Shown here: positions 40,667-50,121 of the stretch, in pieces
Numbering within the stretch: the first letter of the stretch is position 1
How the letters are laid out: every line of letters starts with the position of its first letter
Assembly: GCA_021836035.1 (NCBI GenBank)
Contig: JAKBJL010000001.1
Location: forward strand, 287,765-351,764
Direction: 5' to 3'
DNA: 64,000 bases
Source of the DNA: a bacterium
Lineage (GTDB): Bacteria > Patescibacteriota > Microgenomatia > JAMCZE01
Notes under the pieces: generated by a model
What the model was told of the DNA's origin: nothing
Database searches by the model: none
The model's input: the letters and a program-made list of their open reading frames with translations, nothing else
Position numbers and translations under genes: made by a program

Positions 40667-41384
40667 AAGTAAAAACCATTTCATCGGATTTTTGGCCCAT
40701 GAACTACGTAGCCCCATGGCTGTGACCAAGGGTTATATCAGCATGATTTTAGAGGGTACTGCCGGGCCGATTAGTGGTAAAGTCGAGGAGTTTCTTAAAG
40801 AGGTATACGAGAGTAACGAGCGCCTAATTAAACTAGTTAATGATATGGAGCGCGTAGTCCAGGTGGATAACGGAGCGGTTAAATTCAGCCCGGAGGCGGT
40901 ACCGTTGGCCACGGTAATTTCGGAAGTTGCTGCCGGATTTAAGGAAAAGATAGAAAAAAAAGGACTGACATTACGCTTCGTGCTTCCGGACGATCCCAAT
41001 CTGGCCATTGTAGCCGATAGGGCTTGTTTTACAGAGGTGGTATCCCGTTTGTTAGAAAATGCCGCTAAATTTACCGATAAAGGAGAAATTTCCCTGGCAA
41101 CCCGTCTCGAGGCGATCGATGGTCGGGATATGGTTACTTTAACCGTGAGCGATACGGGTTTGGGAATTTCCAAAGAAGATGCCGTGCGCGTTTTTGAAAA
41201 ATTCGGCAAAGGCGGACCCAAATTTACTGCGCACCGGGGCGGAACGGGGCTGGGTCTTTATATTGTGAAGAAATTGACGGATGATATGGGCGGGCGGGTC
41301 AGTTTTCGTTCGGAAGCCGGCCAGGGGAGCTCATTTTTTGTCAGTTTTCCCCGCTTTACAAAAAGCGGAGATGGATTAAAATAA
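40653..41384 (+). CDS. Sensor-less histidine kinase (HisKA + HATPase)
   Basis: AHELRSPM, LLENAAKF, DTGLG, GTGLGL. Confidence 0.88.
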   Translation: MEQSESKNHFIGFLAHELRSPMAVTKGYISMILEGTAGPISGKVEEFLKEVYESNERLIKLVNDMERVVQVDNGAVKFSPEAVPLATVISEVAAGFKEKIEKKGLTLRFVLPDDPNLAIVADRACFTEVVSRLLENAAKFTDKGEISLATRLEAIDGRDMVTLTVSDTGLGISKEDAVRVFEKFGKGGPKFTAHRGGTGLGLYIVKKLTDDMGGRVSFRSEAGQGSSFFVSFPRFTKSGDGLK

Positions 41385-41394
41385 AATAAAGGCT

Positions 41395-41784
41395 ATGAAG
41401 ATTCTGATTATTGAAGATGATCCTTCTATTGCCAAGCTTTATCAGGTAGAGCTGGCTTCCCGGGGCTACAAGGTAGAAATCGCGACAGACGGAGAATCGG
41501 GTATTGCTAAAGCAAAAGAATGGATCCCTGACCTGGTGCTTATTGATATTATGATGCCGAAGATCAACGGTATCGATACGCTGAAGGCGATCAAAGCAGA
41601 CCCGAATCTTAAAAATGTGATCGCGATGATGCTGACCAATTTTGGCCAGGATAATCTCGTGAAAGAAGCCTTCGCCGGAGGCGCCAGCGATTACGTATTA
41701 AAATACCAGAGTACTCCGGCAGAGGTGGCCGAAAAGGTGGGGCAGCATCTTTTTCCTAAAGAAGCCAAACAGCCGGCTAGTTAA
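41395..41784 (+). CDS. Single-domain response regulator
   Basis: ILIIEDD, LIDIMMP, LTN, YVLK. Confidence 0.9.
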   Translation: MKILIIEDDPSIAKLYQVELASRGYKVEIATDGESGIAKAKEWIPDLVLIDIMMPKINGIDTLKAIKADPNLKNVIAMMLTNFGQDNLVKEAFAGGASDYVLKYQSTPAEVAEKVGQHLFPKEAKQPAS

Positions 41785-43481
41785 TGCTTCCGATTGAAGC
41801 TGCCGTTTTTTTAACCCCCCTTGCTCTTCTTACTCTTGTCCTCTCTTTTTATGAAATCAAAAAATCCCAGCGGGAAATTGAACAAAAGAAACACCAAATT
41901 GACCAGCGAATTTATGAAACGCTGATTTTGCGGGAGGTTGGGGAACGAATCGGTTATGAATTAAATATCGAGAAAATCCTGGATACGATTATTTCCTCAC
42001 TGACCAAATTAATTCCTTATTCCACGGCTTCATATATGCTTTTAACCGATGACCCGGGAAAAGTTATTTTCCGCGTACATTTGGACGAAGCGGTTAACCG
42101 TAAATTTATCGAAGCGCAGACAGAACCGATGTTGGTCCAGCTAAACCAGGTTACGGGAAAACAATACAAGAGGGAAAACCTGGCAGAAAGCCTTTCCGGA
42201 ACGATTGTCGATGAGGGCACGCGTGACGCGATGGCCTCTTTCTGGTCTACCCCCTTAATCATTAACGACCGCGGGCGGGGAGTAATGGCCGTAGCCAGCA
42301 AGAAACCGGGATTATATCAGGGGGAAGAGATGCAGGTGCTCGGTAAGATTTTGGCCCAGGCTAACCGGGCCGTAAATCAGCTGGAAAAAGTACTGGCGAC
42401 GGAAAAAGGCAAGCTAAACGCTATGGTCGAGTCCTTAGCGGATGGGATTTTAATGTTGGACAGCAATGAAAATCTGGTAGTAGTTAATCCGGCGGCTAAA
42501 AGGATGTTGGGTTTGGCGGAGAGGGAGAACACTACAATTTTTGATGTCGCGGAAGCTTTAATGGGTAAGGTGGATATCCGCACAAAATTTGAAGAAAGCC
42601 TGAAGTACGATAAATTGGTTACCCAGGATGAAGTTTTAGTAAATGACCACTGCTCGCAGCTTCTGGTTACCCCGGTTAAAGACAGCTCCGGGAAAATTTT
42701 AGGCGGGGTGGTATTATTTCATGATATTACCACCCAAAAAGAATTAGAAAGACTACGCCAGGATTTTACCGCGATGATGGTTCACGAGTTACGGGCGCCG
42801 CTGACGGTTGCCCGGGGGACAGCGGACATGTTTATGAATAACCCCCGATTGGCCGGGGAAGACGGCGGCAAAGAACTTTTAGCCAATTTACAAACCTCGG
42901 TTAATTCCATGCTGGCTCTCGTTAACGATTTGCTGGATGTCGCCAAAATTGAGGCCGGGAAATTCCAGATTAGCAAAAGTAGGAATAAGATCGGTGAGGT
43001 GATCGCGGAAAAGGTGAAATTTTTCCAGCCGATGGCCGGCGAAAAAAAGCTGAATTTACAGGCAAAAGCGGCAGAAAATATCCCCGAGGCGGATTTCGAC
43101 CGCGAAAGGATTTCCCAGGTGCTGAACAATCTGATCAGTAATGCCATTAAATTTTCCTCCGCGGGAGGGACAATCACAATCTCGGCGCTGCTTTTAAATA
43201 AGCCCGGAGAATTCCGTCCCCAGTATTCGGGCGCCAGCATGCCGGAAATTAGTTGCCCGGCGATTTTGGTTTCCGTCAGCGACGAAGGGGTAGGCATTCC
43301 GCCGGAAAAAATTCCCGACCTCTTTTCCAAATTTAAGCAGTTGACTCCGAGTAGCGGAACGAAAGGAACGGGGTTGGGTCTTTCCATTGCCAAGGGGATT
43401 ATTGAAGCCCACGGAGGGAAGATTTTTGTTGAGAGCGAACCCGGTTCCGGATCGATTTTCCATTTTACCCTTCCGGCATAA
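41784..43481 (+). CDS. Membrane-anchored GAF-PAS histidine kinase
   Basis: N-terminal TM, GAF-like and PAS-like segments, VHELRAPL, NLISNAIKF, GTGLGL. Confidence 0.9.
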   Translation: MLPIEAAVFLTPLALLTLVLSFYEIKKSQREIEQKKHQIDQRIYETLILREVGERIGYELNIEKILDTIISSLTKLIPYSTASYMLLTDDPGKVIFRVHLDEAVNRKFIEAQTEPMLVQLNQVTGKQYKRENLAESLSGTIVDEGTRDAMASFWSTPLIINDRGRGVMAVASKKPGLYQGEEMQVLGKILAQANRAVNQLEKVLATEKGKLNAMVESLADGILMLDSNENLVVVNPAAKRMLGLAERENTTIFDVAEALMGKVDIRTKFEESLKYDKLVTQDEVLVNDHCSQLLVTPVKDSSGKILGGVVLFHDITTQKELERLRQDFTAMMVHELRAPLTVARGTADMFMNNPRLAGEDGGKELLANLQTSVNSMLALVNDLLDVAKIEAGKFQISKSRNKIGEVIAEKVKFFQPMAGEKKLNLQAKAAENIPEADFDRERISQVLNNLISNAIKFSSAGGTITISALLLNKPGEFRPQYSGASMPEISCPAILVSVSDEGVGIPPEKIPDLFSKFKQLTPSSGTKGTGLGLSIAKGIIEAHGGKIFVESEPGSGSIFHFTLPA

Positions 43482-43509
43482 AAAATATTTTACGTGGTAC
43501 AATGGTTCT

Positions 43510-43887
43510 ATGAACAAAATACTCTTAATAGAAGATGATTTAGCCTTAACCAAGCTCTATAGGGTGGCTTTGGAAAGCAAGGGTTTCCAAGTAGAGGAAG
43601 CCCACGACGGAACGGAAGGAATGCAAAAGATTGCCGGCGGCGGATATGACCTGGTGGTTCTGGATTTGATGCTGCCCGGTATCAACGGCTTTGATATTTT
43701 AAAAGATCTTCGGAAAGCGGAGGCTACCAAAAATCTGCCGGTAGTTGTTCTGACCAATTTGACAGGGCCGGAAGTGAACAATCTTCCCGCCCTGGGTATT
43801 TCCGATTTAGTTTTAAAAGCAGCCGTAACGCCTGCCGAGTTCACCGAACGCGTGGAAAAGGTTTTTGCTTCCGCCCCAAATTTTTAG
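43510..43887 (+). CDS. Single-domain response regulator
   Basis: ILLIEDD, LDLMLPG, LTN; ATG 6 nt after TACAAT. Confidence 0.9.
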   Translation: MNKILLIEDDLALTKLYRVALESKGFQVEEAHDGTEGMQKIAGGGYDLVVLDLMLPGINGFDILKDLRKAEATKNLPVVVLTNLTGPEVNNLPALGISDLVLKAAVTPAEFTERVEKVFASAPNF

Positions 43888-44014
43888 GACTTGCCAGAGG
43901 GAAAGTTGAGGATTGCAATTCCATCTTTAGCGATTTTAAATTATCGTGGTGGAGGCAATAACCCCGCGCTCAGTGTGAGCGGACTTACGGGATTGACCCA
44001 CGCTTAAATCGGGG

Positions 44015-44048
44015 TTGACATTTAGCAATCATTCTGTTAGACTGCCAA
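44015..44048 (+). promoter_or_regulatory. Sigma70 promoter overlapped by a CIRCE-like operator
   Basis: TTGACA-17-TAGACT; TTAGCAATC-N9-GACTGCCAA versus CIRCE consensus TTAGCACTC-N9-GAGTGCTAA. Confidence 0.75.
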
Positions 44049-44054
44049 AGTTTT

Positions 44055-46565
44055 ATGGAAGAAACTGCCAAAATATTACCGATAACTCCTCTTCGCGATT
44101 CCCCGGTCTTTCCCAGCGCGGAGACAGTCCTGGTTTTCGGGAGGGACAGATCCGTAGCGGCTTTGAAAGCCGCTTGGGAAAAGGACAAACTGATTTTTGT
44201 GGTCATGCAAAAAGATGCGGGGAAAAGCGACCCCATGTCGATAAGCGACATTTACAGCATCGGCACGATTTGCCAGGTGAAGCACGTTTTACAGACTGAC
44301 GGTGAGTTATCCGCCTCAGTTGTCGGGCTTAGCCGGGCCCGGGCCCGGTCTTTCCGGGTAGCGGATCAATATAGCGAGGTGGAGGTCAGCGAAATTACCG
44401 AGGAGATGGGTGAGGGCGAAGAAATCTACGCCCTGGCCCACCACATTATTTCCGAATTTCAAAATGCCGTTCGCCTCGGCAAGCCTTTTGATTTCCTGGC
44501 GATGATGAAGATCATGTCCGGCGGGACCCCGACCCAGTTAGCCGACCAGGTTATTCCCATGTTAGACCTTAAGCCTGAAGAGAGGCAGCATTTGCTGGAA
44601 GAAACCAATGTTAAATCCCGCCTGGAAAAAATTGCCGCCCAGCTGTCCAAAGAATTGAAAATCTTGGAGCTGGAACGCAAAATTGCTTCCCAGGCACAGG
44701 CTAAAATCGACAAGAGCATTAAAGAGAGCGTTTTACGGGAGCGCAAACGGGCGATTGAAGAGGAATTAGGCGAAGGCGATCCGGAGGATAAGGATATTAA
44801 AGAGCTGAAAGATAAAGCCGCTAAAGCCGGGATGCCGCCGGATGTTAAAAAGAAAGCGGACAAGGAGATAAAAAGACTGGAGCAGATGAGCAGTATGAAT
44901 CCGGAACATGGTTATATCCGGGCGTATCTTGATTGGCTCCTGGATATGCCGTGGAGTGCCCGTTCGGCCAACAATACCGATATCCGCGAAGCGGAAAAGA
45001 TTCTCGATGAAGACCATTATGGTTTGGAGAAAGTCAAGGAAAGGATTGTGGAATATCTGGCGGTTTTGAAGTTAAAACACGCCCGGATGGAAGCGGAGAA
45101 AGCCGTCCGCGGGGAGGAAGAAAAAGACAGCCTGGACGGGGAAGAGGGCGACGATAAACCGGCGCCGAATTTGCCGGCTCCGGAGATTAAAAAGAAAAAA
45201 ACCTCCACGCCGACCATCCTTTGTTTTGTCGGTCCGCCGGGTGTAGGGAAAACGAGTTTGGGCAAATCGATCGCGCGGGCCTTAGGTCGAAAATTCGTTC
45301 GTATTTCCCTGGGCGGGATCCGCGACGAAGCGGAAATTCGCGGGCACCGGAGAACTTATGTCGGGGCTCTTCCCGGCCGTATCGTTCAGGGGATTAAACA
45401 AGTGGGGACGAAAAATCCGGTTTTTATGCTTGACGAAATTGACAAAGTAGGTAACGATTTCAGGGGTGATCCTTCAGCCGCGCTTTTGGAGGCTTTGGAC
45501 CCGGAACAAAATAACGCCTTTTCGGACCATTATCTCGAGGTGCCTTTTGACCTTTCGGAAGTGATTTTTATCACTACCGCCAATGTTTTGGAGACGATTC
45601 CGCCCGCGCTTCTTGACCGTCTGGAAATAATTCACTTTCCGGGTTATACCACCGAAGAAAAGTTCCATATTGCCAAGAAGTATTTGATTGCCAAACAGAT
45701 AGAAGCAAATGGTTTAAATGGGGGGCAAACGCAGATTACCGATCCCGCTCTTAAAACTATAATTACCCGTTATACCCACGAGGCGGGAGTCCGCAATCTA
45801 GAAAGAGAGATCGCGACGGTGATGCGTAAATTAGCCAAAAAGCAGGCGGAAGGAAAAGCCGCCCGAAAAATGGTGGTTTCCCCGGCCTCATTACATAAAT
45901 ATTTGGGACCGTACAAATTCAGTTCTACCATTGCCGAACGTAAAGATGAAGTAGGACTCGCCACCGGCTTATTCTGGAGCCCGGCAGGTGGTGGCATCTT
46001 ATTTATTGAAGTTGCTATCATGCCCGGGAAGGGAGGCCTGACCCTTACCGGGCACCTAGGTGATGTGATGCAGGAATCAGCGCGCGCGGCGATGTCCTAT
46101 GTCCGGAGCCGCTGGAAAGTCTTGGGGTTGGACGAGAAATTTTTCCAGAAAATTGATGTCCATGTCCATGTACCCGAAGGTGGAATGCCTAAAGACGGTC
46201 CGTCGGCCGGAATTGCTATTACCACCGCCCTGGCTTCGGCCTTAACCAAAATTCCGGTAAAAAAATATATCGGGATGACCGGAGAAGTAACCTTGCGCGG
46301 TCGATCACTGGAAGTCGGCGGGATTAAAGAAAAAGTCATCGGAGCACACCTGGCCGGTCTGAAAACAATTATTATGCCCAAGGATAACCGGAAAGATTTG
46401 GAAGATATTCCGAAGTATATTCTAAAAGACTTGGATTTCCGGTTTGTGGAGAATATGGACGAAGTATTAGATATTGCTTTAATATCTAAACCCCGCACAA
46501 ACAGAAAGCCGAAGTCCGTTCGCCATCCCCGCCATTTGCCCGCTTTCCAAACTTTGGAGAGCTAA
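44055..46565 (+). CDS. lon: ATP-dependent Lon protease
   Basis: GPPGVGKT, LDEIDK, PKDGPSAG, GGIKEK. Confidence 0.98.
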   Translation: MEETAKILPITPLRDSPVFPSAETVLVFGRDRSVAALKAAWEKDKLIFVVMQKDAGKSDPMSISDIYSIGTICQVKHVLQTDGELSASVVGLSRARARSFRVADQYSEVEVSEITEEMGEGEEIYALAHHIISEFQNAVRLGKPFDFLAMMKIMSGGTPTQLADQVIPMLDLKPEERQHLLEETNVKSRLEKIAAQLSKELKILELERKIASQAQAKIDKSIKESVLRERKRAIEEELGEGDPEDKDIKELKDKAAKAGMPPDVKKKADKEIKRLEQMSSMNPEHGYIRAYLDWLLDMPWSARSANNTDIREAEKILDEDHYGLEKVKERIVEYLAVLKLKHARMEAEKAVRGEEEKDSLDGEEGDDKPAPNLPAPEIKKKKTSTPTILCFVGPPGVGKTSLGKSIARALGRKFVRISLGGIRDEAEIRGHRRTYVGALPGRIVQGIKQVGTKNPVFMLDEIDKVGNDFRGDPSAALLEALDPEQNNAFSDHYLEVPFDLSEVIFITTANVLETIPPALLDRLEIIHFPGYTTEEKFHIAKKYLIAKQIEANGLNGGQTQITDPALKTIITRYTHEAGVRNLEREIATVMRKLAKKQAEGKAARKMVVSPASLHKYLGPYKFSSTIAERKDEVGLATGLFWSPAGGGILFIEVAIMPGKGGLTLTGHLGDVMQESARAAMSYVRSRWKVLGLDEKFFQKIDVHVHVPEGGMPKDGPSAGIAITTALASALTKIPVKKYIGMTGEVTLRGRSLEVGGIKEKVIGAHLAGLKTIIMPKDNRKDLEDIPKYILKDLDFRFVENMDEVLDIALISKPRTNRKPKSVRHPRHLPAFQTLES

Positions 46566-46573
46566 CAGAAGAG

Positions 46574-46768
46574 TTAAAAGTACAAAAACCCCAGGGCTTT
46601 ATAAATTAAAAAAGCCGGCCAGAAAAGGGATTTAAAGATACCAATGAGTATCGGTTGCAGCTGCCCGTTAGCCTGCGGTAAAAAGTAAAAAAGAGCGCCG
46701 ATGACACCCATCCCGTAAACCGCACCCGATCCGCCGCAACTTACACCCCTGATTTTATTTTCGGTAAT
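46574..46768 (-). CDS. Small two-TM membrane protein (start uncertain; not in the ORF track)
   Basis: Open frame reads GGSGAVYGMGVIGALFYFLPQ...IGIFKSLFWPAFLIYKALGFLYF*; first in-frame ATG at 46711. Confidence 0.5.
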   Translation of the reverse strand: MTENKIRGVSCGGSGAVYGMGVIGALFYFLPQANGQLQPILIGIFKSLFWPAFLIYKALGFLYF

Positions 46769-47454
46769 ATATTTTCACCTGCTTTCCGCTTCAGACTAAC
46801 ACTTCTCCCGAGGAACCGCAAATTATACTTTTTAAAATAGTAATAAGTTGAATGGTAATAAATTCTAAGTTTATTTGGCAATTGAAAAAATACGCCCAGG
46901 TTCGTAATGTTTGCCAATGGTTTTTTGTGCATAGGTATTTGTATATATAGGCCAGAGGCATATTTCCTTAGGGGAATATTTCTCGGTAATTTCTCTTGAC
47001 TTAAAAATTAAGGGAATATCTAAGCGGCCAAAATGATAGGGGAACCCCCGGGTGTTGATTTTCCTGCCCGGGAACAAGAATAGCCACTTCTCCAAGTTGA
47101 AAACCCCAATGTTAAATTTCTCCGAGAGCATATCAAAAAATATTACTCCAAGTTAGGACTTAGATCCTCAGAGGTGGCAACAGTGGGCGTATCCGAAGCG
47201 TTCGGAATTAGAGAATTTAGGGCTCGGAGAGGCCGTATGATATAAAATTACGGATCTGCACGCTAAGGTTTTGCTGAAAACTTAGCGTGCCGGAGCGGAA
47301 AATAGATCAGAAAGAGCGGCATCTTCGGGGCCTTCATTAGTAAGAAATCCGCCGGGGGAAATAGTATGCGGAGCTGTCCTCGGTTGCCGGGCTTTCGCGG
47401 AGAAACAATCTAAAGCTAAAGAAAGGAAAGGCGGCCGGTAAAGCCGGGTGAAGC

Positions 47455-47853
47455 TTACTCCGTAGTGACGCCGTTAAATTCCGGGGAGTCTTTTTCCGCT
47501 TCGGCTTTAGTGGCCCGGACGACTTTATCCTGATGATGGGCCGGGGAATAAATGGTATAAAGCTTTAGTTGATCAACGGCAGAGGTGTTGATAACGTTAT
47601 GTTGAGCTCCGGCGGGTACGATGACGGCATCACCGTCCGAAATTTCATATTCATTGCCGTCGATAATTACTTTTCCCTGACCGGTTTCGAAGCGGAAAAA
47701 CTGGTCATTATCGGGGTGGACTTCCATGCCGATTTCTTCATTGGGTTTAAGAGCCATCAATACCAGCTGGCTATGCTTCCCCGTATAAAGCACGTGCCGG
47801 AAATCGTTATTTTCCTGGGTTAATTTTTCGATTTTGTCTTTGTAACCGTGCAT
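47455..47853 (-). CDS. Cupin-domain protein
   Basis: EIGMEVH..NDQFF, VPAGAQHNVIN, LYTIYSPAHH. Confidence 0.88.
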   Translation of the reverse strand: MHGYKDKIEKLTQENNDFRHVLYTGKHSQLVLMALKPNEEIGMEVHPDNDQFFRFETGQGKVIIDGNEYEISDGDAVIVPAGAQHNVINTSAVDQLKLYTIYSPAHHQDKVVRATKAEAEKDSPEFNGVTTE

Positions 47854-48139
47854 AAGTCCCTCAAAATAATATACCACATTATGCAATTTGGGCAAAGAGG
47901 AAAACATAATATTTCCCCTAACCTTTCGCACAGATCGGACGAGTAGTATCAAAAAAAGGGGTTATGAAGAATGTTCTTGACATGATCTTTAACAAAAATA
48001 TTACCCCGCCGGATAATTTTCTCCTCTTGCCGGGAGAGGGGAGCAAACGGTTTTCAGCATCCTGCGGATCTAACGGCCTGGCCACTTATTATTAACTTTA
48101 TATCCATAATACTGTCGGAGGAAAAAGGGGGAGGAATAA

Positions 48140-49258
48140 TTAGTTTTCTTTCCGGTTCTTGAGGAGCAGGAAGGGCTTTTCCAGTAGGCGGGAGGAGAGG
48201 AAAGCCAGTAAAATAGTCAGCGGCAAACCTAAAATTACTAACAAATAATTGTTCTTTCCCCCGGCGAAATAGAAGACGGTTTCCAAAGCAAGGACGTGCC
48301 AGATATACAGGCCATAACCGATTTTTCCCAGGGAGACAAATAAATTATTCCGGATAAATTTAAAGACCAGGGAAGAAGGTTTAACTCCGCCGATTAAAAA
48401 GAAGGTTGCTGACAAGCCGATAAGGGGATAGCTCCAGATGTTTTGCCGGCTGCCCAAATTATCATGAGCTGTCTGGGAATACAGATAAATAACGAGCAAT
48501 GCCAGAACGGTTAATTGCCAAAACGAAGAAAACGGCCCCCGGATTTTATCCAATATGGCCGGCTTGAAGAAAAGAACCTGGGCTACCAGCGATCCGAGGG
48601 TAAAAGTATCCAGCCAGTTGAAAGTATTGGCGTAAATTTGCGGGTGCACTGCTCCCAATTTGAGAAATATCGCCCTGCTGGCAAGCGAAAAGATAATTAA
48701 TCCCAGGCTGATAAATAATGAGTGACGGAAATTTTTCATTTGCCCGACAATAAAGGGCCAGATTAAATAAAGCTGCTGGTAAATGCAGATTATCCAGAGT
48801 TCTGATACCGCCCGGGAATATTCCCAACCGCGGATGACGATGCCCCAATTTCCTAAGAAAAGAAGAAACCAGGGCAGATGGAATTTCAGGGAGGGAAAAA
48901 AATCGGACGGTAGGACCCGAAAGTAATTCCAGAGAAGATAGAAGAGGCCGTAACCGGCAATGAGGCCGGTAAAATACAGCGGCCAAATACGCAGCGCTCT
49001 TCCCGTGAGAAATCTTTTAACATTGATTCGGCCGTTATTATCTTGCTTTTGTAAAAGCAAAAGGGTGGTCAAAAATCCGCTTAAGGCAAAGAAGAAACTA
49101 ACCCCGATCCAGCCGTTACTGTGAAGAAAAGACAGGATCAAATTTTCGGAGCGGTCGCTTGGCAGATAAAATGTAATATGCTGGAAAAAGATAAAAAGGA
49201 ATGCAAAAAAACGCAAACCATCCAGGGCGGGGAAATAGGGTTTCGCCGCGGATTTCAT
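48140..49258 (-). CDS. Acyltransferase family 3 (OafA-like) membrane protein
   Basis: LDGLRFFA, GVSFFFALSGFL, RALRIWP, LGKIGYGLYIWH, EKPF. Confidence 0.9.
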   Translation of the reverse strand: MKSAAKPYFPALDGLRFFAFLFIFFQHITFYLPSDRSENLILSFLHSNGWIGVSFFFALSGFLTTLLLLQKQDNNGRINVKRFLTGRALRIWPLYFTGLIAGYGLFYLLWNYFRVLPSDFFPSLKFHLPWFLLFLGNWGIVIRGWEYSRAVSELWIICIYQQLYLIWPFIVGQMKNFRHSLFISLGLIIFSLASRAIFLKLGAVHPQIYANTFNWLDTFTLGSLVAQVLFFKPAILDKIRGPFSSFWQLTVLALLVIYLYSQTAHDNLGSRQNIWSYPLIGLSATFFLIGGVKPSSLVFKFIRNNLFVSLGKIGYGLYIWHVLALETVFYFAGGKNNYLLVILGLPLTILLAFLSSRLLEKPFLLLKNRKEN

Positions 49259-49259
49259 A

Positions 49260-49619
49260 TTAACCGAGGAATTTGGGGAGGAAGAGAAAAATCCCGATAA
49301 AGACCGAGGCAATAGCGGCGACTAAAACCGCGGCAGCGGAAACGTCTTTGGCAATTCTTGCCCGCTCTTGAATTTCCGGACTTACCATATTCACAATTTC
49401 CTCGATCGCGGTATTTATTAATTCCAAAATAAGGACGCAGGCGATAATCAAAGTTAAGACCAACCATTCGAACACGGAAATTTGGAAAATAACGGCTAAA
49501 AGGATGGCGATAGCCCCCAGGATAATCTGGATACGAAAGTTGCGGCCTTTAACGGCCGCGGTTTTTAAACCGTTGAGAGCAAAGAAAAAACTTTTAGCCA
49601 AAGAATGCTTTGCTTCCAT
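49260..49619 (-). CDS. dgkA: DgkA-family (undecaprenol/diacylglycerol) kinase
   Basis: SFFFALNG, ELINTAIE, AKDVSAAAV. Confidence 0.9.
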   Translation of the reverse strand: MEAKHSLAKSFFFALNGLKTAAVKGRNFRIQIILGAIAILLAVIFQISVFEWLVLTLIIACVLILELINTAIEEIVNMVSPEIQERARIAKDVSAAAVLVAAIASVFIGIFLFLPKFLG

Positions 49620-49624
49620 CAAGA

Positions 49625-49636
49625 TATGTTAACATA
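49625..49636. promoter_or_regulatory. Palindromic bidirectional -10 element
   Basis: TATGTTAACATA gives TG-TAACAT on both strands, each 6 nt before an ATG. Confidence 0.6.
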
Positions 49637-49641
49637 AAGAG

Positions 49642-50121
49642 ATGGAAGGTATTACCATCGAGTTTGTCTCTACCTTTTTGATTTGGATTCTCTATGGTTG
49701 TCTGCTTTTTTTATGGTTTATTGACGGCCGGGTTAGGAAGGAACAGGTAATCCACGCCCTGGCTGCCGGGCTAATTGCCGCGGGGATTTCCCTCCTCATT
49801 AAGCATTTATATCCCACTTTCCGCCCCTTTGTAGTTAACGGCGGGGAGACCAGCGTCCTGATCCGCCCTACCGACGGGGCTTTTCCCTCGATTCATGCCG
49901 CCCTGTCTTTTAGTTTAGCGGTTACCATTTTTATGCATGACCGTAAAGCGGGTTGGGGATTTTTATTAGGGGCGCTTTTTATCGGTATAGCCCGGGTTAT
50001 GGCTAATGTCCATTATCCCCAGGATATCCTCGGCGGGGCTTTTATCGGTACCCTTGTGGCGGTTATTATAGAACACAACCATATGTTCAGTCTCCTGCGC
50101 CGGGATAAACAAATAATCTAA
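49642..50121 (+). CDS. PAP2-family phosphatase (BcrC-like)
   Basis: K......RP, FPSIH, ARV...VHYP.D. Confidence 0.88.
   Translation: MEGITIEFVSTFLIWILYGCLLFLWFIDGRVRKEQVIHALAAGLIAAGISLLIKHLYPTFRPFVVNGGETSVLIRPTDGAFPSIHAALSFSLAVTIFMHDRKAGWGFLLGALFIGIARVMANVHYPQDILGGAFIGTLVAVIIEHNHMFSLLRRDKQII

Noticed and set aside
43387-43509. Extended N-terminus of the third response regulator
   Set aside because: It overlaps the kinase; the ATG at 43510 follows a TACAAT box and starts the receiver fold.
47258-47290. Integron attC site
   Set aside because: No RYYYAAC...GTTRRRY boxes flank the hairpin, and there is no integrase or cassette array.
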